Assembly (NCBI RefSeq): GCF_006345805.1
Contig: NC_043010.1
Coordinates: 57,226,001-57,290,000 of the forward strand
DNA from: Octopus sinensis
Taxonomy: Eukaryota
Length of the DNA stretch: 64,000 nucleotides
Direction of reading: 5' to 3'
Of the stretch, positions 56,025-64,000 are shown one piece after another. Below the pieces are notes generated by a model. That model was given only the letters and a program-made list of their open reading frames with translations, ran no database searches and had not been told where the DNA came from. A program made the position numbers and the translations under genes. Position 1 is the stretch's first letter. Each line of letters opens with the position of its first letter.

Positions 56025-56055
<31 letters not shown>

Positions 56056-56487
56056 CTGTAAAAAATGAGGCTCCATGTGTCTTAAGCTGAAGAACCAAAT
56101 AGTTAACCACCGACTGTGATGTAGCGGCTTTATCCATCATCTATTCTTTCCCATAATCTCCACTTGAATATCTTGTTAACTCATTGACATTATTGCCTTG
56201 AGCATCTCTATGATAATGAGGTTGATCTCCTCCTGATCATCACCATCATCATCATCATTATCATTATAATCATCACCATCATCATAACCATCATCATATT
56301 CATAGTTACCACAATCATGTTACACGTTCACTGGCTTCCAACGCAGTTTATTATTAGTAAATACTTTATCAATCTCTGACCAGTTAAATATATATATATA
56401 TATATATATTTTTAAATTTTATTTAGTTTCAGCTCACAAGCTGTGGCCATGCTGGGGCACTGCCATTTTGCTGGGTACCCGAATTTC

Positions 56488-56591
<104 letters not shown>

Positions 56592-58663
56592 ATATAGATA
56601 TATATGGGAATATATATGCATATGTATGTATATATATAACACACACAAATTTCTCTTGTCTTAGCTGCTTTCTCATATACGAGCAAAGCTATTGCTAGAA
56701 AGAATCGTTGAAATGAGTTAATGTTGATGCAAAGCAAGGGCATAATGCACACCTGTACATATATATATATACACATACATACATACATACATACATACAT
56801 ACATACATACATACATACATACATACATTCATACATACATACATACACACATACATACATTCATACATACATACATACATACATACATTCATTCATACAT
56901 ACATACATACACACATACATACATACATATGTACATACATACAGTAGTCACAAGCTTCGACAACTTGCACAGTTTTTACTGTACAGAAACCGAAAGAAAC
57001 GTGCCAGCTGTGAGTGAATGTGGAATCCAGCATCACTGAAAGATGCATCAGCCATGAAGTCCATCAAATATTACACTCTGCTATATTTTTGCTTAAGGTC
57101 TTACCTTAGTAGATCAGCTTTAATCTATTATAAAGTCTTTTGTTCATCAGGTGCCTGGTAATCTCCAAGTGAGTTGTGATGTATTAAGTTAATGGTTCGT
57201 CTCAGTTGTTGAGAATGGACTGCATCGGCTGTGATTCGCTTATCTCTCTCCATCAAACTAAACACAATTGATTTTCTTTTCCGTCAGCTCATGAAGGTTT
57301 CACCAGTTGTCACTCTCAAGTACTTTGTCTTGCCAATTAAGTCAATATTATACCAATTAAATCAATACAACAATTGGCTTGCTACTAATGGAAGCTTTAT
57401 TTCTTCAGAACTTGGACCAATGGAACTTTCCTTTGGAAAAGTTCTGCTTTTAGTTTTTATATTTTCCAAGCAGCAGACATTTTTCTCTTCCTTCCTAATT
57501 ACTCTTTTACCTCAACTGGAGAATTTCTTATATATTTTTGTTCTATCCATTCCTGCTTGGCTAATTGCTAGAATGAACAGTTAGTTTGTGGGGGGTGGGG
57601 TAGTGGCTTACAAAACCAGGAACTCTTATTTCTTCCATTGTTGTTCTGAAAATGGTAAACTTATTATTATATTGCAGCTACTCATCAAGGTAGTCTCATA
57701 AGCTTACAAAGTCTTATTACAGAATGAAAGCCTCTACATCAATCCAGAGAATAACAATGAGAGCATTAGAAAATTCCAGACAAAATGCTACAAATATGTT
57801 TAGTAAAATGCCATAGGTAAGGAACTTTTTTTTCCTTTACTTTTTCTATTTTTTGTTAAAGGTTTGGTCTGGAGGAAGAGGTGGAATTTGAAGTTATCAG
57901 TTCAATCCTTCTTTCCATGTTTGTTGACTGGCCTAGAATTCATTAGTCTCCATTCTATTTATTGAATAAAACAGTTTTGATGGATCTCAAATATGACTTC
58001 ACTTCAATTGGAGCATTTACAAGTATTTTGTTTTTTAAATCATCATCATCATCATCATCGTTGTCGTCGTCGTCATCATCATCATCATCATAATCATCAT
58101 CATCATCATTTAATGTCTATATTCCTTGCTGGGATGGTTTGGAAGGTTTGACGAGAGCTGACAAGGCTGCGAACTGCACCAGGCTCCAGTTGTCTATTTT
58201 GGCACGGGTCCCTTGGCTGGAATCCCTTCCTAATGCAAATGTGCTTTTCACACGGCATCAGCACTGACCAGGTCACCAAGTAACTTTCAAGACAAAGCTC
58301 TCTCAGCTGGGTGAAGGGGTTAGTAGAGGGGAAGGGATTGCTTTACACCAGTTGATGAGGAACCCTGTGTCAGATTTTAAGACCCCTGAGACTGATGGAA
58401 GTAACTTAAATGTTTTCCACACAAGGGTCTGTGTTAAGGGCACTCGACAGGTGGATGAGTTATATTTTACCACACACAAACAGAAAGGTTCTATCAACCA
58501 AAATGTAGTTGACCTCTGGCCATGGCAGAAGCTATTTGCCCCAAATGTCGTGATGTCAGTTGAACCAGATTCCATGGAATTGCAAAACAGATGCTTTAAT
58601 GTCAGTGGAATTTAATCTTGGAATGGAAAGACAGAAGAAATGGCACCAAGCATTTTGTCCAGC

Positions 58664-59452
58664 AGAAGAAGAAGAAGAAGAAGAAGAAGAAGAAGAAGAA
58701 GAAGAAGAAGAAGGAGGGGGAGGAGGAGGGGAGAGGAGGATAAAAAGAGAAAAGAAGAATAAGAAGACGGAGAAGAAGAGGAAAGAGAAGGAGGAGGAGA
58801 GGAGAAGAAGAAAAGAAGAAGAGGAAGGAGGAGGAGATAAAAGAAAGAAGAAGGAGGAGGAGGGAGGAGGAGAAGAAGAAGAAGAAGAAAGGAGGGGAGG
58901 AAGGAGAGAAGAAGAAGAAGAAGAAAGAGGATAGAGGAGAAGAAGAAGAAGAAGAAGAGGAGAGGAGGAGAAAAAGTAAGAAGAAGAAGAAGGAAGGAGG
59001 AGGAGGAGGGAAGAAGACGAAGAGAAGGAGGAGGATAGGAGAAGAAGAAGAAGAAGAAGAAGAAGAATGAGGGAGAGGATGGGGAGGAAGGAGGAGGGGA
59101 GAAGAAACGAAGAAAAGAAGAAAGAAGGAGGAGGAGGATAAAAGAAGAAAAAAGGGAAAAAGAAGAAGAAGAAGAAGAGAAAGGAGGAGGATGAGGAGGA
59201 GAAGAGAAGAAGAAGAAGACGGAGAAGAAGAAGAGAGGAAAGGAGGAGGAGGAGGAGAAGAAAAGAAGAATAAAAGAGGAGGAGGAGGAGAAGAAGAGAA
59301 GAAGAAGAAAGGAGGAGGGGAAGAAGAAGAAGAAGAGAAGGAGAGGATGAGAAGAAGAAAAATAAGAAGAAGAAGAAAAAAAAAGAAGAAGAAGAAGAAG
59401 AAGAAGAAGAAGAAGAAGAGAAGAAGAAGAAGAAGAAGAAGAAGAAGAAGGA
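58664..59452. repeat. about 790-bp polypurine (GAA/GGA)n tract
   Basis: Almost pure A/G on the + strand. Confidence 0.97.
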
Positions 59453-60899
59453 AATGTGATGATTTCCTTATGTAGATAAAAGTCAATAGAATTATTAGAA
59501 ATACTAAATATGGAGTCATTTTTGGGAGTGGCAACAACCAGTGACATGTTGTGGGTATTAGAATGAGATTAGAGCAGCAGTGTATGAAGAAGAGGAAAAT
59601 AAGGAAAGAAGGAGAGCATGGAGAGTGTTGGGGTGGAATAATGAGAAATAAGAATGGCTGGCAGGAAGGTGAGAGACATCCATCAAAATATTAGCAGCTG
59701 GCAGACTAACAAAATATCTTGTTGTCTATTTGGTTCATAACACCACTCATATTTTTTCATGGTTCTCTTATCTCAGCACACACCTGGCTTCTCTTCCTTG
59801 GCAATATTCCTTGGTGAGACAAAAACCATTGCTTGGAAGACAGTTCTATGTCATCTACCTCATATTTAAAATAAATTACCATTTCAGTTTAGCTTGTGTG
59901 AGCGTATATCATCATCATCATCAACATCAACATCACCAACAATTGCTGCTTCCACCACCACCAGCATTATTGTCATCGTTGTCATCGTCATCGTTGTCAT
60001 CATCATCATCATCATCATCCTCATCACCATTGCCATCACCACCTTCACTGTAACACCCCTTAGGAGGAATTAGTAAAAACAGTAAAACTAGATCCCAGGA
60101 AGTTGACAAAGATAACATATGAAAGAAGATAAAAGGGCCCCTGTGCTGGTGCCACGTGAAAGGGCACCCAGTGCACTCTGTAAAGTGATTGGTGTTAGGA
60201 AGGACATCCAGCCACAGGGACCAAGCCAAAACAGATGATGGGAGCCTGGTGCTGCGCTCTGGCTTATCAGCTCCAGTCAAACTGTTCAAACTATGTCAGC
60301 ATGGAAAATGGATGGTAAATGATGATGATGGTCAACCCTGGTTAAGCCAGCCTAGGAGCAATGACATTCCAGCCAAGACCATCCCATCTTGAGAGTGTCC
60401 AGGAGTATATTATCTGCTGTATGCCTTCCTTATTTGGAATTGTAAGGGTGTGCCATAAAGGGAATTTGGCTGCTATTTATAGCTGGGCAAGCAACCATGT
60501 AGGAGCTCCAATGTGTTAAATCCTTATTGAAGAGATCTCATCTCTTCAAATCTTGTCACAAGCTAAAAGAGATGAGATGCTCGACTGGAAGTGGAGCTAA
60601 ACAGAAATCATTTATTTTTTGTAAAAAGACAGAATTTGCTGGAAAAGAGATAAAGAAACATAAAAAAAGGCAACAAAATAAATAAACAAAATTACAAATA
60701 AACGAAAGGAATTAAACGAAAATGGATAAAGAATTTTCTGTAGATTATTGTTTAAAAGAGTAAAATAAAGTGAAATGGATTTTTAGGAATCAGGTGAAAC
60801 CGCATCAAAGCGTAAGAGAGGCTGGAGATGAAGCTGATGGACAATCTTAAAGGATTTGATCCAAACTACATCAAATAAGTGGGCTTCATTGATGGAAAC

Positions 60900-60922
60900 T
60901 AATATTATTATTATCATCATTA

Positions 60923-60954
<32 letters not shown>

Positions 60955-60956
60955 CA

Positions 60957-61025
<69 letters not shown>

Positions 61026-61272
61026 AACGATGATGATTGATGATTATTATTATTATCATCAGCATCATCATCATCATCATCATCGTCATCGTCGTCGTCG
61101 TCATCATCATCATCATCATCATTATTATTATTACTATCTTCTTCTTCTTCTTTTCTCTTTTCTTCTTCTTCTTCTTCTCTCTTCTTCTTCTTCCTTCTTC
61201 TCTTCTTCTTCTTCCTTCTTCTCTTCTTCTTCTTATTATTATTATTATTATTATTATTATTGTTATTATTAC
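60900..61272. repeat. (ATT)n/(ATC)n/(CTT)n compound repeat
   Basis: Direct inspection of the sequence. Confidence 0.95.
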
Positions 61273-61277
61273 TGAAT

Positions 61278-61648
61278 GCATGACGGACAAAATGCTTAGC
61301 AGCACTTCATTTGTTTTTATGTTCGGAGTTCAAATCCTGCTGAGGTCGACTTTGCCTTTTATCTTTTCGGGGGCTGATAACATAAGTACCGGCTGAATAC
61401 TGGGGTCAATGTAATCGACTTACCCCCTCCCCCCAAATTTCAGGCCTTGTGCTTATAATAGAAAGGATTATTCTTATCATTCTTTTTTGCTTTGGGAACA
61501 GGGCATGAAATTTGGGGGGAAGGAGGTAGGTCAATTACATCGACCCCAGTATTCAGCTGGTACTTATTTTATTGACCCCCGAAAAGATGAAAGTCAACGT
61601 TGACCTCAGCAGAATTTGAACTGAGAAAGTAAAGATGGATGAAATGCC
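61278..61648. mobile_element. two SINE B copies, tail to tail
   Basis: + copy at 61278-61470 and - copy at about 61490-61648. Confidence 0.8.
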
Positions 61649-61932
61649 TAATCAGTTTGAGCCAGTCGTGAGGCCAAACATCTCTGATAGTTTCATCTGA
61701 ATCCATCCTGCAGTTCTTGAGTTCTTGAGTTCCAGCAGTTCTCCACGGTCAAACAAACAAACAAACACAACTGAAAACGATACCCCTGCCTTCACTAAGG
61801 GGGGGGGGTAATAATAATGACAATGATAATGGTTTTAAATTTTGGCACAAGGCCAGCAGTTTTAAGGGAGATGGATAAGATGATTACATATATATATATA
61901 TATATATCTATATATATGTATGTATATATATA

Positions 61933-61974
<42 letters not shown>

Positions 61975-62399
61975 GTATTTATTGTATATATGTATATATA
62001 TGTGTGTGTGTGTGTGTGTATGAACACACTTACATGTCTATGCATGATCTCACATGCATGTGACTAATGTTTAATGAAAAATTAAAACGAGGTAAAAGAA
62101 ATAATTGATGTGGTTGATGCCATGAATTTTTATCAGTATTTTATGGTTTTGGTCTGCAGAGTGAGACAGACAAGAATTCCATTGTGAGTTGGAATTTCCT
62201 TGTTAATTGGAGGGAAAACAAAAAGTTTTGTGGCAGATGTTGGAGTCTCATAAAAATGGGAGACAATTTAGCAAAATTAATTTATGCATTTAGTGTTACA
62301 TCCTGTTTGGTTTTTGCATGTGTGAATAGATTTGTTGGGGCCAGTTTCTACACAAAGACCATATGTAGCAAGGGGATGCCGAGACAGAATAGTATAATT

Positions 62400-62750
62400 T
62401 ACTCTTTTAGTAATTTCAGTCATTTGGCTGCGGCCATGCTGGAGCACCACCTTTAGTCTAACTAATTGACCCTAGCACTCATCCTTTGTAAATCTAATAT
62501 TTATCCTATAGGTCTCTTTTGCTGAACTGCTAAGGTACGGGGACATAAACACACCAGCATCGGTTGTCAAGTGATAGTGGGGGGACAAACACAGACACAC
62601 ACAATGGGCTTCTTTCAGTTTCAATTGTCATCTCACAAAGATTTGGTCGGTCCAAGGGTATAGTAGAAGACACTTGCTCAAAGTACCCCGTGGTGGAACT
62701 GAACCTGGAACCATATGGTTGGTAAGCAAGCTACTTACCACACAGCCACT
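62400..62750 (-). mobile_element. tRNA-derived SINE family A
   Basis: Homologous to 40935-41341. Confidence 0.9.
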
Positions 62751-63216
62751 GCATGCTAAGCAGTGTCATGAATTTTTTAATCAGTTCACATATGTTTGAA
62801 CATATTTCACTCATAAAAAGGCCAGTTTTCCTTGTGGCTTGCCATGGAGAAAATTCCTGCTTTAGACAATAGATGCCAGAATGGCATCAGCCACCTTGGG
62901 AGACCATTCGGTACATAAATGAATGCATTTCTAGCTATTTGTCTATCATCACTTCTGGATGCACCATGAGGGAGAGAGAAACCAAAGATGATTTAGGAAG
63001 CTGTAGTTTCATTTATAGAAAATCAACAAAAAGGTATTTGCCAGTTCATGTGACCACCCACCCGGCCGGAATAAGAAATACGTTAAACAGGGTCTTCAAC
63101 TAAACAAACTTTTAAAGTCAATTCAGTTAAGTTTCTGATATATTTGATCTGTAGAAAGGAAAATTTTAATGTGATTTGCAATGGAGATAATTCTTGCTTT
63201 TGCAATATATGTATAC

Positions 63217-64000
63217 ATCATCCTCATCATCATTTAACATCTACTTTCCATGCTAGCATGGGTTGGACGATTTGACTGAGGACTGGCAACCAGATGGCTG
63301 CACCAGGCTCCAATCTGATCTGGCAGGGTTTCTACAGCTGGATGCCCTTCCTAACGCCAACCCCTCCGAGAGTGTGGTGGATGCTTTTTTGTGCCACTGG
63401 CACAAGGCACAGTCTGGCGGTACTGGCAATAGCCATGCTCAAGTGGTGTTTTTTACATGCCACCTGCACAGGAGCTAGTCCAGCGGCACTGGCAACGACC
63501 TCGCTGGAATGTTTTAAACGTGCCGCCGGCACAAGTGCCAGTAAAGCGACACTGGTAACGATTACATTTGAACGGTGCTTTTTATGTGCCACCGGCATGG
63601 AAGCCAGTCTGCTGCTTTGGCAGATGGTGCTCTTAACATTCCACATATATAGTTTGAGTGAGGGCTGGTGAGCCAGAAGGCTGCACCAGGCTCCAATCTG
63701 ATCTGGCCAAGTTTCTACAGCTGGAATGCTCTTCCTAACACCAACCACTCTGACAGTGTAGGGAATGCTATAATGTGCCACCAGTACGAGGGCCAGTCTG
63801 GCGGTAGTGGCAACAGCCATGCTCAAATGGTGTTTTTCACGTTCCACCTGCACAGGAGCCAGTCAGGCGGCACTGGCAATGATTACACTCAAATGGTGCT
63901 TTTATTGTTCCACTGGCACGGGTGCCAGTTGGACGGTATTGTCATTGGCCACGACAACGATTTCACTTGCCTCAATAGGTCTTTGCAAGTGGAGATTATT
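63217..64000 (-). mobile_element. RTE-type 3' end with internal subrepeats, partly duplicated
   Basis: Homologous to 4700-5291; the block ggctgcaccaggctccaatctgatctggc occurs twice. Confidence 0.8.

Noticed and set aside
58560-59547. 311-aa ORFs
   Set aside because: They are translations of the (GAA/GGA)n tract.

Overview
AT-rich eukaryotic DNA dense in microsatellites and transposon debris. The SINE/LINE repertoire and simple-repeat load resemble a coleoid cephalopod (Octopus-like) intronic or intergenic region; this is an inference. No intact, identifiable protein-coding gene is visible, and almost all long ORFs in the track are translations of (TA)n, (CA)n, (AAT)n or (GAA)n repeats. Recognisable elements: a full-length decayed DD37D (maT) transposon, a mariner-derived foldback, a Tc1/hAT chimera, two hAT MITEs with 8-bp TSDs, two solo-LTR-like elements, R4/Dong, RTE and CR1-group LINE fragments, a Penelope-like GIY-YIG endonuclease fragment, and many copies of two tRNA-derived SINE families. 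The most striking hidden signal is a set of type I hammerhead-ribozyme motifs from several unrelated sequence families. Six have intact or near-intact cores and several more are decayed. They sit mostly in short non-coding modules embedded in (TA)n/(TAA)n microsatellites, twice as inverted sense/antisense pairs, which suggests Penelope-derived, retrozyme-like modules. A few weak candidate exons and a cluster of RFX X-box-like sites lie at about 22.5-25.3 kb.
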